Positions 54,675 through 64,000 of a stretch of 64,000 nt of DNA are shown one piece after another. The position numbers and the translations under genes were made by a program. The stretch is from an uncultured virus (IMG/VR IMGVR_UViG_3300034200_001934). Lineage: Duplodnaviria > Heunggongvirae > Uroviricota > Caudoviricetes. The stretch lies in the IMG/VR virus record IMGVR_UViG_3300034200_001934. One strand, written 5' to 3'. Numbering within the stretch: the stretch's first letter is position 1; each line of letters begins with the position of its first letter. A model generated the notes under the pieces. That model was not told the DNA's origin, ran no database searches, and worked only from the letters and a program-made list of their open reading frames with translations.

Positions 54675-57014
54675 ATGAGTAGTTCTGAATTTTTAAGCAA
54701 AAGAGTCAAAAAAGTTCCAAATGTTGGGCTATCTACAACTAGATACCAGTATTTGTCTCTAGAACAAGCAGAACCAGATTTGGGTGACCCATTAGTTGGA
54801 CCGTCATCTATAGGAGCAAAAGGCAGTTTTCCACAAAGAGATGCTTTTATTCTTGCTTCTTTTGGCCAACAAAACGAAGAAAATCCGAGTAGATTTTGGG
54901 TTCCACCTGGAGCATTAACTGGACTTGGATTGGGACTCGTTCCTGGTGCAATTACAGTCTTTGATGAGGGTACACTGGTTGGAGCAGCAAGTAGTTTTAC
55001 TACTTTCAATTTTGTTGGACTTGGTGTAACTGTAGATAGAATAAGTATCGCATCAACCCAACAAACTGGTATTGCAACGGTAAGAATTACTTCACCTGGT
55101 TTTGGAAGCACAGGAGAAATCCAATATAGAGGTGATAATGGTCTTCTTGCTGGAGCAACTGGGCTTAGATTCTTTACTTCCAATGGAAATGTTGGATTTG
55201 GAACTACCTTAGCAACTTCTAAATTACACATCGTTGGTGATATTACTGCAGATAATCTATATGTAAGGTCAAATTTATCTGGTTCATTCACTCTCCCCTC
55301 TGGAGAAACTTTAAGTGATTTTAGTATTATTGGAAAATTAAGAAGTAATTATATAAATGCCAACAGATTAGATGCTGTAGATCTTACAGGAATTAATACA
55401 TCACTTATTACAAATATTAGTTCTAATAAAATATCGTCAACCGATATAATTTCTTCTGGTATTTCTACACTATCTACAGCAAATGTAACAACATTAAATG
55501 TAACTAATCAGAATATCTCTGGTGTTTCTACGATTTCCACTTTAAATGCAACTAGGACAACTAGTACATTTTTAGTTTCAACTGCATCAACTATTGGTGT
55601 TTTAACAGCAACATCTGCGAATATTGTTTCTCTAGCTTCTTCATTCGTAAATTTAGGAATTTCTACAGTTGGTTTCAGCAGTATCACCAATCTTTTTGTA
55701 GGAATATCAACCGTAGGATTTGCATCAATAACAAATACTACTATTGGTGTTGCAACAATAACAACAACTAACTCGTCAAGAGTTAATGCTGGTATTGTAT
55801 CTGCAACAGGAGCAACTGTAGGTGTTGCAACTATAACAACAGGATTACTAACAGATCTAAATGTTTCTGGTGTAGGAACAGTTAATAATTTAAATGTAAC
55901 TGGAATCACAACATCAAATAATTTAAGAGTAACAAACAAATCTACATTAGTTGGTGATTTAGAGGTTGATGGTAATACTTTATATGTAAATTCAACCACC
56001 AATCGTGTTGGAGTTGGTTCAACTTTACCAGAATATGCATTTGATGTTAGAGGTGATGTCAGATTTGATGAAGTAATTTATGCATCAAATGGTAGAGGTA
56101 ATACTGGAGAAGTTTTAACTTCTCAAGGACCAAACCCAGCAGTTTGGGCACCTGCAGTTAATGTTACAGTTGGTGCGGCAAATTCTACTCTTATAACAGA
56201 TATCCCTTCATCTAGTGATATTCACTATGTAACATTTGCTGCAAATACTTCAGATATTGGTTTTTCTTACGTTGATAGTTCTGGTCTTGTTTACTTACCT
56301 TCATCTAATAGATTGGGTATTGGTTCAACTCAACCTGGATTCTCAGTCGATGTTGCCGGAAATATTAACTTCACTGGTACATTATTTAAAGATGGTGAGT
56401 TATATGTTGCATCCCGATGGGCAATAGACGAAAACGACAACATCTGGAGACTTAATGGCAATGTTGGGGTAGGAACTTCTGCATTATCTAAAAAGTTTGA
56501 AGTAAGTGGTTCTTCAAGATTTAATGGTGAGGTAACTATAACATCATCTGGATCCATTGGTATTGGAACTACATTAGCAAAGTCCAAATTGCATTTGATT
56601 GGAGACAGTAGATTAGATGGACTTGCAAATTTTGAAAAAGCAGTAACAGAAAAAGTTTCAAGTACCTTTGGTACTAACTTCTCAATGTCTTCTGGAACAC
56701 TGAATATTGATTGTTCCAATTCATCCATTATTGTTGGAAATTTACCTGAGTCTGTTTCCACTTGGGCATTTACAGGAATCAGCACAGAAAATGGTAAGTC
56801 AACTACAATCACATTAATTATAGACTCAAGTTCACTCCTCACATACGGAGAAAACTGTACCGTCAATGGATCTGCAATTTCTGGTGGAGTTCGTTGGAAT
56901 GGTGGTATTGCTCCAATTACAACAGACAACGAAGACTTCCTAAGTTTTGCTATCGTTAGAGATGCTGCAGGAACCGTTAGAGTGTATGGTTCATCTTCCC
57001 TCAACTTCAGTTAA
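54675..57014 (+). CDS. Tail fibre protein
   Basis: GNVGxGT repeats, S/T-rich GISTV repeats. Confidence 0.7.
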   Translation: MSSSEFLSKRVKKVPNVGLSTTRYQYLSLEQAEPDLGDPLVGPSSIGAKGSFPQRDAFILASFGQQNEENPSRFWVPPGALTGLGLGLVPGAITVFDEGTLVGAASSFTTFNFVGLGVTVDRISIASTQQTGIATVRITSPGFGSTGEIQYRGDNGLLAGATGLRFFTSNGNVGFGTTLATSKLHIVGDITADNLYVRSNLSGSFTLPSGETLSDFSIIGKLRSNYINANRLDAVDLTGINTSLITNISSNKISSTDIISSGISTLSTANVTTLNVTNQNISGVSTISTLNATRTTSTFLVSTASTIGVLTATSANIVSLASSFVNLGISTVGFSSITNLFVGISTVGFASITNTTIGVATITTTNSSRVNAGIVSATGATVGVATITTGLLTDLNVSGVGTVNNLNVTGITTSNNLRVTNKSTLVGDLEVDGNTLYVNSTTNRVGVGSTLPEYAFDVRGDVRFDEVIYASNGRGNTGEVLTSQGPNPAVWAPAVNVTVGAANSTLITDIPSSSDIHYVTFAANTSDIGFSYVDSSGLVYLPSSNRLGIGSTQPGFSVDVAGNINFTGTLFKDGELYVASRWAIDENDNIWRLNGNVGVGTSALSKKFEVSGSSRFNGEVTITSSGSIGIGTTLAKSKLHLIGDSRLDGLANFEKAVTEKVSSTFGTNFSMSSGTLNIDCSNSSIIVGNLPESVSTWAFTGISTENGKSTTITLIIDSSSLLTYGENCTVNGSAISGGVRWNGGIAPITTDNEDFLSFAIVRDAAGTVRVYGSSSLNFS

Positions 57015-57031
57015 TATTATTATTAATTATT

Positions 57032-57595
57032 ATGCCATTTTCATTCGGATTATCAAAAAACTTTCGTTCATCTGAATTCAGAGATCCTGCTATTCTTTAT
57101 GGAGATTATTTTGTTTTCAATTACAGGAATACGGATGGGAGTGACTTTGATATTAGGGCAGGTATTTTAAATCCAGCAGTTCCTGGTCTTCTAGGATGGG
57201 GTGCAAATAATACTTTAGTTACAAACGGAATTACGGTTGCATATTGGGCTGGAGACCAAACTGGGGTTGGAACCGAATCATTTTATATCGATAAAGCAAA
57301 GATGCTTCAAGCATTTCCAACATTAACTTCAATTGAAGTTGATTTGAGGGCATTTTGGTACGGAACAATTGGAAATAATCCAATCATTATGAATATGGAT
57401 GCTTATCAAGGAGGAACTATGATTGATGTTGGATTGAGTTTTACTAATCCAACTGCAGAAAACGAGTTCCCATCATCCAAATCATTTGCTAGATTACTAA
57501 CGTTAAGAACTCAAAACACTGCAACAAATGGTCAAAGACTTGCGAGGGCAATTATAGATTTCAATAACTCGACGTTGACTTATATTGGAGCCTAG
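57032..57595 (+). CDS. Hypothetical protein, possible fibre tip or adhesin
   Basis: 187-aa ORF after the fibre gene. Confidence 0.6.
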   Translation: MPFSFGLSKNFRSSEFRDPAILYGDYFVFNYRNTDGSDFDIRAGILNPAVPGLLGWGANNTLVTNGITVAYWAGDQTGVGTESFYIDKAKMLQAFPTLTSIEVDLRAFWYGTIGNNPIIMNMDAYQGGTMIDVGLSFTNPTAENEFPSSKSFARLLTLRTQNTATNGQRLARAIIDFNNSTLTYIGA

Positions 57596-57596
57596 G

Positions 57597-57654
57597 GTGC
57601 CAATTAAAAAAGTGGCACATTAATTACACTTCCCTAGACAATCTGTGCTATACT
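57597..57654 (+). promoter_or_regulatory. Palindrome GTGCCA-N10-TGGCAC upstream of an extended -10 (TGnTATACT)
   Basis: Direct sequence. Confidence 0.6.
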
Positions 57655-57680
57655 AGTTGTGTAAAGAACTTCCACTTAAA

Positions 57681-57848
57681 ATGCAAATTTCCCGAGAATC
57701 ACTGAACGACTTGCGAGCACTTCAAGAAGATATGGCAGAACATTTCGCTGATGAAAACTTTCCGATTAGTGGTGAAACATATTGGACTTGCGTTCAGTGT
57801 CTTGCAGAAGCAAAACTTGCAGAACTTCGTGGGGAACTTGTAGCATGA
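57681..57848 (+). CDS. Small hypothetical protein
   Basis: MQISRESL...SGETYWTCV. Confidence 0.65.
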   Translation: MQISRESLNDLRALQEDMAEHFADENFPISGETYWTCVQCLAEAKLAELRGELVA

Positions 57849-58048
57849 GTCTTTTGAAAATTAATAAAGCAGAACTGGTTGAAGTTCCAGTAAAAACAAC
57901 ACCAGAAAATGTCAAAGAATCAAATGAGGCACTATTTTGTGCGAAAATGACTCTTCCTGCTGCAGCAAAACACTGCGGGATGACTCATAAAGAAATGAAA
58001 ATGACCTTTTTGGAATATTTAAAATACCATCCACCAACATATAGTTAA
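57845..58048 (+). CDS. Small hypothetical protein, possible HTH
   Basis: MTLPAAAKHCGMT..EMK; ATGA coupling. Confidence 0.6.
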   Translation: MSLLKINKAELVEVPVKTTPENVKESNEALFCAKMTLPAAAKHCGMTHKEMKMTFLEYLKYHPPTYS

Positions 58049-58089
58049 CATATAATTAACAACTAAATATTTCGTAGTGAAACAGTGTA

Positions 58090-58353
58090 ATGAAATACAA
58101 AATCACTTCCCATTATTGTTATCACGAGGGAATAATAGTTGATATGTATTTCATAAATGGTGTTCCATTTACATTTGATGATATACCCACAGTAATGCAA
58201 GATGATCCCTACATTCAAGTGGAAGCAGAGGGAAGTATGGATTATTCTGCTGAGGATATGTTTCTTTGGTCTAATTATCTAATAATGGAAGAATGTCATC
58301 CTCTTTTATTTGATTTGGATTTAGAAAATCCAGAGGAGCTTCCCTGCAACTAA
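58090..58353 (+). CDS. Acidic hypothetical protein
   Basis: 87-aa ORF; TAAATA upstream. Confidence 0.6.
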   Translation: MKYKITSHYCYHEGIIVDMYFINGVPFTFDDIPTVMQDDPYIQVEAEGSMDYSAEDMFLWSNYLIMEECHPLLFDLDLENPEELPCN

Positions 58354-58396
58354 TAAAATATCTTAAAATGAAAACAAAGTGAGTACAAATACCTAA

Positions 58397-59014
58397 ATGA
58401 AATCCGATTTTTATATAGATAAAGTAGGTAAAAAAGAAATAAAAGATCTTCTTTATACCTACCATTATCTTAAGGACGAATCTAAAGACTTTAAATCGGG
58501 GTTCAATTATGGTCTATACAAACAATCATTCACAGACATCCTTAATATTGGCGAGTGTCTTGGTGCTTGCATTTTTACTGGTCTCCCAGTTCCAGAAATT
58601 GCCGTAGGTGCTTTTGGTCTAGAAAGAAATCAGCAAGAAGGAATATATGAACTCTCAAGACTTTGTATACATCCAGATATTCAAAAAGAAGAATATAATA
58701 TCACATCTTGGTTCGTTAGTCGTTGCATAAGGAGATTTAGGAAAGATGCCACAGTTCGTGCTATTCTTAGTTACGCTGACTCTAGTAAGCACACTGGAGT
58801 TATATACAGAGCTTGCAATTTTCAATACTATGGGTTAACTGCTCCCAAAAAAGATTTTTATTATGCCGATGGAACAAAGCACTCTAGAGGCACGGTTAAA
58901 GGTGCAAAAGGTGAGTGGAAAGAAAGAACTAGAAAGCATAGATATCTTATGATTTTTGATGATGAACTTAAAGAAAAACTAAAATGGAAAAAAGAAACTA
59001 AATCAATTGCCTAG
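58397..59014 (+). CDS. Mom-like GNAT-fold DNA-modification enzyme
   Basis: HYL, ELSRL, SWFVS, ILSYAD...HTGVIYRACNF.Y.G, KHRY. Confidence 0.7.
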   Translation: MKSDFYIDKVGKKEIKDLLYTYHYLKDESKDFKSGFNYGLYKQSFTDILNIGECLGACIFTGLPVPEIAVGAFGLERNQQEGIYELSRLCIHPDIQKEEYNITSWFVSRCIRRFRKDATVRAILSYADSSKHTGVIYRACNFQYYGLTAPKKDFYYADGTKHSRGTVKGAKGEWKERTRKHRYLMIFDDELKEKLKWKKETKSIA

Positions 59015-59063
59015 AGGGTTTAGTGTCTAAATAAATGAAGAAGAAATATACTGCGGTTATAAA

Positions 59064-62000
59064 ATGCCACTATCTAGGTTAGAGAATTTTCTCAAAAATG
59101 CTGAAGGTAATATTTTATATGTAAACCCATCAGATTTTGATGCTACTGACAGTTTTGAAAATCAAGGTAACTCATTAACAAGACCTTTCAAAACAATTCA
59201 AAGAGCTCTAATTGAAGCAGCAAGGTTTTCATATCAACAGGGAAGAAATAACGATAAGATTGATAGAACAACTATACTTGTTTATCCTGGAACTCACTAT
59301 ATTGATAATAGACCAGGATTATCTGTTGAAAATATAAATGGTTCTGCAGTATATAAAAGAAGATCAGGTGTTGATTCATGGACCGTTGACTCTATTTCTG
59401 AGTTAAGTGAATTTACAAATTATGATATACTTGATATAGGAAATGAATTGTATAAGTTCAATTCAGTAACTGGTGGTGTCATTCTCCCTAGAGGAACATC
59501 TATTATTGGTCTTGATTTAAGAAAAACAAAGATTCGTCCATTGTTTGTTCCTGATCCAGAAGATGAAAATATTGATGTCACTAGTATTTTTAATGTTACT
59601 GGTACTTGTTACTTTACGGCATTTAGTATTTTTGATGGTGATCCAACAAAAACAGTGTATAAAAACTACTCTCAAGCAAGAGTAGTTCCAAATTATTCAC
59701 ACCATAAAGTAACAACATTTGCTTATGCAGATGGTGTAAACAAAGTAAAACTTGGTAATTATCAAACATATTTGACTGACCTTGATATGTATTATTACAA
59801 GGTCACCAAGGCATATGGAGACATTACAGGAAGAGGATTATCAGATTATCCATCATCCTTTGACTTCGAACCAAACGTCGATGAATTTAGAATTGTTGGT
59901 TCATTGGATCCAAACCCACTTGGTATTTCGAGTATTAGATCTGGTAATGGAAACGGTACAGGAGATATTAATGTAATTACCGTTACCACTTCTAATCTTC
60001 AGACTGGAGAAACAGTTCCACATAATCTTTTTGTGGACAGTCCATTTATTATAAATGGAGTAACTGTAGACCCAGATTCTTATAATGGTTCATTCACTGT
60101 AAAAGAAGTAGTTGGATTAACTACATTTACATATGTTACTAATGAAGCACCAACAGAATTCTTACCACCAACAAACGAAATTGATACTGCATCCTTAATA
60201 GTCGGAAGTGATACTGTAAGTTCTGCATCTCCTTACATTTTCAACTGTTCCCTTAGATCTGTTTATGGAATGAATGGATTGTGGGCAGATGGTGCTAAGG
60301 CAACAGGATTTAAATCAATGGTTGTTGCCCAATTCACTGGAGTTTCTTTACAGAAAGATAACAATGCATTCATCTTATATAAAGATGGAGCATTTTATGA
60401 TAATACCACTCTACCTCTCAATAGCGTAGATAGACCATTACATACAAATTCTAGATCAATATTTAAACCAAAATACGAAAATTATCATATTCGTGCATCC
60501 AATGATGCATTTATTCAAAACGTTTCTGTTTTTGCGATTGGTTTTGCTAGACACTTTTTAACAGAGTCTGGTTCGGATATGTCAATCACAAACTCAAACT
60601 CCAACTTTGGTGCAACATCACTTGAATCTGAAGGATATAAAGTAGAATCATTCAATAGAGACGATGTTGGTTATATTACTCACATTCTTCCACCTAGAGA
60701 AATTCCAGAAGAAGAGAATGTTGTATCTTGGGTATCATTAGATACTGAAAAAATCATCAACTCTGCAGATATAAGTAAGTTATATATTTTTGGTGCAACT
60801 AACGAAGAAATTCTACCAGTTCATCAAGTGGATGGATATAGATTGGGTGCATCAAAAGAAGATAAATTAAATTTAACAATTACTATTGGTACAGCACAAA
60901 CTACATATACTACACCAATATTAATGCCAGCAGATGCAGGAAATGGAGTTTCTGCATTCAAAGAGTATGATATAGAAAGAACAGGAACGACCAATAATAT
61001 TGTATCAAATTTATTCACATTAACTACTAATCACAAATTAATTAATGGTGAAAAAGTAAGAATAGTCAGTGATACGGGGCAAGTACCAGATGGATTAGAG
61101 AATGATGGAATATATTATGCAATAACAGATGGATTTGGATCATCTCAATTAAAATTAGCACAATCGCTTAATGATGCATTATCTGGTGTTCCTATTTTAG
61201 GAATCAACAATAATGGTGGAAGATTAAAAATCACAAGCAGAGTTTCAGATAAACTTCCAGGTGAAATCGGTCATCCAATACAGTGGGATTCGGCAGAAAA
61301 TAATTGGTATATTACTGGATCTTTAATTTCTTCTGAAAATGAAATATATTCTGCAATAGTTAATACTGGCATTCTTGTTCTTGGTAATGAAACATCATCA
61401 ACATTTATTAGACGAATATCAGACAGCCGTTCAATTAACGATAAAATATACAGAATAAGATATGTTATTCCAAAAGAATTCACAAATGCCAGACAACCAA
61501 CTGCTGGTTTTATTTTACAGGAATCCAAGACAGTTGGTGTAACAAGCATTTCTTACACAAATGATGTATTGTCTAGTGCTAAAGATCTAAGAAATGAAAA
61601 AATTATTGTTGGTGCATCTGGTGGAGTAATTATTAATAACGAGCAAGAAGTTACAATCACTACAGAACTTCCTCACAATTTATATGTTGGTGATAGTGTA
61701 AAGATACAAAAAATAAGAAGTACCAATAATCCAGATTCGACTGGTATTACTTCTACTTTCAATGGTCTGCATACAGTTGAATCCATTCTCAATACAAAGC
61801 AGTTTACTTATACAATTTCAGGAGTAACCACCAATCCTGGTTCATTTACTAATGATATAAATTCTAGAACAACAAGACAGCAAAGAGAAAGTTTACCAGT
61901 AGTATCAAGAGAATCTTATAAAAATACTTTCTTTGTATACAGAACCGCTCAAATTAAAAAACATATTCCAGGACAAGAAGGGCAAGATGGTGTTTATCAC

Positions 62001-64000
62001 TTAACTGCTCTCGCTTCCAATGTTGCACCACCAGATCAGGTAGGATTTAATTTATCCGATAAACAATTTAATCAGGATGTAAGAAACTTATATCCACAAT
62101 TAGACCGTGATAATATCAATTCAGACCCAGATGCAACAGTAAGTTACGCCGATTTATCGGTAATTGGAAGAGTTATAACAAATGATAAGAAAAATTCTAT
62201 CACAAAAGAAGCAATATCATATTATGTTAAAAACTCAAGAATAGGTATAGCATTAACAGATGCTCAAGTAAGTGGAATTGGAAGTACCACTATTTCGGTA
62301 AGAACAGAAATAGAACATAATTTAAATTCCATAAAATCATTTACATTCACTTCTGGGTCTGGGTATCCAGCATCTTCAATAATTTATTCAAGAACTCTTC
62401 AGCAAGTAATCTCAAATGGTAGAGGTGCTACTGTCAAAATAGAAACTAATGCATCGGGACAAGTAACTAACGTTGAATTGTTAGATAGAGGAAGTTCTTA
62501 TAATGTCAATGATACTTTAAGTATTCCTGGAGGAAGTTCCCCAAGTATTGTCACTGTAACTTCTATTGTTAATGCCAAAGATTCTTCTATAGAATTAAGT
62601 GGATTTTTCCAACATGATTTGAATGATGTTTATAGAGTTTTGTCTATACCAAATGCAAAAGAATTATTACTATACACAGAAAAAGAATTACCAAATTATG
62701 TTGTAAATACAAACAACGAAAGTCCGTTCTTAGTTGTTTCTAGTGGTGCAATTTCTATTTTAAGTGCCGAATTAACTGATGTTGATACTGGCATAACAAC
62801 TGTGACTACACAGTCGGCTCATGGATTATTGCCAGGAAATAAGATTAAAATTATTGAAAGTGGAAATTCTGACCTCAATGGATATGCAGTAATTAAAGAT
62901 ACTGTTGGTCTTACTACATTCACTTTTATTTCCAGATCTAAAGTACAAATAGCAGGAGTTACAGAGGGATCTGTTCTCAAGAGAGGATTTAGTTCAAATG
63001 GAAGAAGTCTTGGAAATGGTGAGGAAAATCTTTTCTCTAGGGGACTATATTTGTATGATGGTTTTGATGCTAACATCAATGGTGCAATAGATTTAACTAG
63101 CAGTACTATCAACTTTATTGATCCCAACGGCATAAAACGTGGAGATTATTTTGCAATTAATAGTGAAATTGTAAGAATTGCAAGTAGTTCTAATCCATTT
63201 ACAGTTTTAAGAGGACAACTTGGCACATTTAAAGGAATAGCACAATCTGGTGCCATTGCAAAAAGAATAAAAGTAATTCCATCAGAATTACGTAGACCTT
63301 CATTTATGAGGGCATCTAGTCACACCTTTGAATACCTTGGATATGGACCAGGAAACTACTCTACGGGTATGCCACAAAGGCAGGATAGGGTTCTTTCTGA
63401 AGATGAGATCATGGTCTCACAAGCAAAAGAAAGAAGAGGTGGAACTGTTGTATACACTGGAATGAATGATATTGGTGAATTCTATTCTGGTGCAACTAAA
63501 CTAAGTTCAGCAACTGGTGAACAAACTGTAGTTGATGCTCCAATCCTAACTTATACTGGAGATGACGCACAAGGACAAGGTGGTTCATCTTCAAGTGGAA
63601 TTTTTGATGAATTATTGGTAAGGCAAAGAATTACAGTAGAAGGAGGAGAAGGAAATAATCAAACTTCTCAATTCTATGGTCCAGTAAACTTCACCCAAAA
63701 AGTTACTAATCTATCAGAGTTTGGTATTGAAACCAAAAATCTATTCATAAAAGGAACTGCTTCTCAACCAAAATTGATTACAGTTGGTATATCTACTCCA
63801 ACTTCACTTACAATTCCTTCATCTAGACCAGGTGATATATCTTTACTTTCCAACCCAGATGAGCATATTGGTCATGTTCGTGTTGGAAACGAATGGAGAC
63901 CATTTGGATTAATCAGTAGAGATGCAGGAAGTCTATACATGGGTGTTGACAAACTATCAGTCAATACACCAGAAAATACAAATTTTGATTTTGTTGTTAG
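59064..64000 (+). CDS. Very large virion structural/tail fibre protein, 3'-truncated (over 1640 aa)
   Basis: MPLSRLENFLKNAEGNILYVNPSDFDATDS...RPFKTIQRALIEAARFS; frame still open at the window end; TAAATA upstream. Confidence 0.8.
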   Translation, partial: MPLSRLENFLKNAEGNILYVNPSDFDATDSFENQGNSLTRPFKTIQRALIEAARFSYQQGRNNDKIDRTTILVYPGTHYIDNRPGLSVENINGSAVYKRRSGVDSWTVDSISELSEFTNYDILDIGNELYKFNSVTGGVILPRGTSIIGLDLRKTKIRPLFVPDPEDENIDVTSIFNVTGTCYFTAFSIFDGDPTKTVYKNYSQARVVPNYSHHKVTTFAYADGVNKVKLGNYQTYLTDLDMYYYKVTKAYGDITGRGLSDYPSSFDFEPNVDEFRIVGSLDPNPLGISSIRSGNGNGTGDINVITVTTSNLQTGETVPHNLFVDSPFIINGVTVDPDSYNGSFTVKEVVGLTTFTYVTNEAPTEFLPPTNEIDTASLIVGSDTVSSASPYIFNCSLRSVYGMNGLWADGAKATGFKSMVVAQFTGVSLQKDNNAFILYKDGAFYDNTTLPLNSVDRPLHTNSRSIFKPKYENYHIRASNDAFIQNVSVFAIGFARHFLTESGSDMSITNSNSNFGATSLESEGYKVESFNRDDVGYITHILPPREIPEEENVVSWVSLDTEKIINSADISKLYIFGATNEEILPVHQVDGYRLGASKEDKLNLTITIGTAQTTYTTPILMPADAGNGVSAFKEYDIERTGTTNNIVSNLFTLTTNHKLINGEKVRIVSDTGQVPDGLENDGIYYAITDGFGSSQLKLAQSLNDALSGVPILGINNNGGRLKITSRVSDKLPGEIGHPIQWDSAENNWYITGSLISSENEIYSAIVNTGILVLGNETSSTFIRRISDSRSINDKIYRIRYVIPKEFTNARQPTAGFILQESKTVGVTSISYTNDVLSSAKDLRNEKIIVGASGGVIINNEQEVTITTELPHNLYVGDSVKIQKIRSTNNPDSTGITSTFNGLHTVESILNTKQFTYTISGVTTNPGSFTNDINSRTTRQQRESLPVVSRESYKNTFFVYRTAQIKKHIPGQEGQDGVYHLTALASNVAPPDQVGFNLSDKQFNQDVRNLYPQLDRDNINSDPDATVSYADLSVIGRVITNDKKNSITKEAISYYVKNSRIGIALTDAQVSGIGSTTISVRTEIEHNLNSIKSFTFTSGSGYPASSIIYSRTLQQVISNGRGATVKIETNASGQVTNVELLDRGSSYNVNDTLSIPGGSSPSIVTVTSIVNAKDSSIELSGFFQHDLNDVYRVLSIPNAKELLLYTEKELPNYVVNTNNESPFLVVSSGAISILSAELTDVDTGITTVTTQSAHGLLPGNKIKIIESGNSDLNGYAVIKDTVGLTTFTFISRSKVQIAGVTEGSVLKRGFSSNGRSLGNGEENLFSRGLYLYDGFDANINGAIDLTSSTINFIDPNGIKRGDYFAINSEIVRIASSSNPFTVLRGQLGTFKGIAQSGAIAKRIKVIPSELRRPSFMRASSHTFEYLGYGPGNYSTGMPQRQDRVLSEDEIMVSQAKERRGGTVVYTGMNDIGEFYSGATKLSSATGEQTVVDAPILTYTGDDAQGQGGSSSSGIFDELLVRQRITVEGGEGNNQTSQFYGPVNFTQKVTNLSEFGIETKNLFIKGTASQPKLITVGISTPTSLTIPSSRPGDISLLSNPDEHIGHVRVGNEWRPFGLISRDAGSLYMGVDKLSVNTPENTNFDFVV

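Noticed and set aside
1..64000. CRISPR array or cas genes
   Set aside because: No regularly spaced direct repeats seen. The PD-(D/E)XK exonuclease at 30109 sits in the standard phoH-gp33-gp59 core context.

Overview
The window is 64 kb of an AT-rich T4-like (Kyanoviridae-type) cyanomyophage genome. It has four parts: (i) 1-29 kb, an accessory region with tRNA-Gly, talC, gnd, a small ndhP missed by the ORF track, a nine-gene glycan cluster, a cyanobacterial porin, pstS, two hli genes, petF, a peroxiredoxin, lysis enzymes, psbA, psbD, a LOG-family protein, an HNH nuclease, glutaredoxin and thyX; (ii) core replication and late-transcription genes (phoH, exonuclease, gp33, gp59, gp32); (iii) baseplate and tail genes with cp12 embedded; (iv) long tail-fibre-like genes and a Mom-like DNA-modification gene. 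The strongest signals not explained by the ORF track are: a textbook -1 frameshift cassette that would fuse gp26 to gp51 in a lambda G/GT-like position; a nitrogen-control unit (NtcA box, promoter, tandem glutamine riboswitch, four coupled micro-ORFs including two YRG/DUF4278-type peptides); a tandem-pseudoknot RNA with a membrane-protein gene inside it; recurring terminator hairpins that carry promoter elements in their loops; and a split gp53. All family assignments are from motif recognition by eye; no database searches were run.
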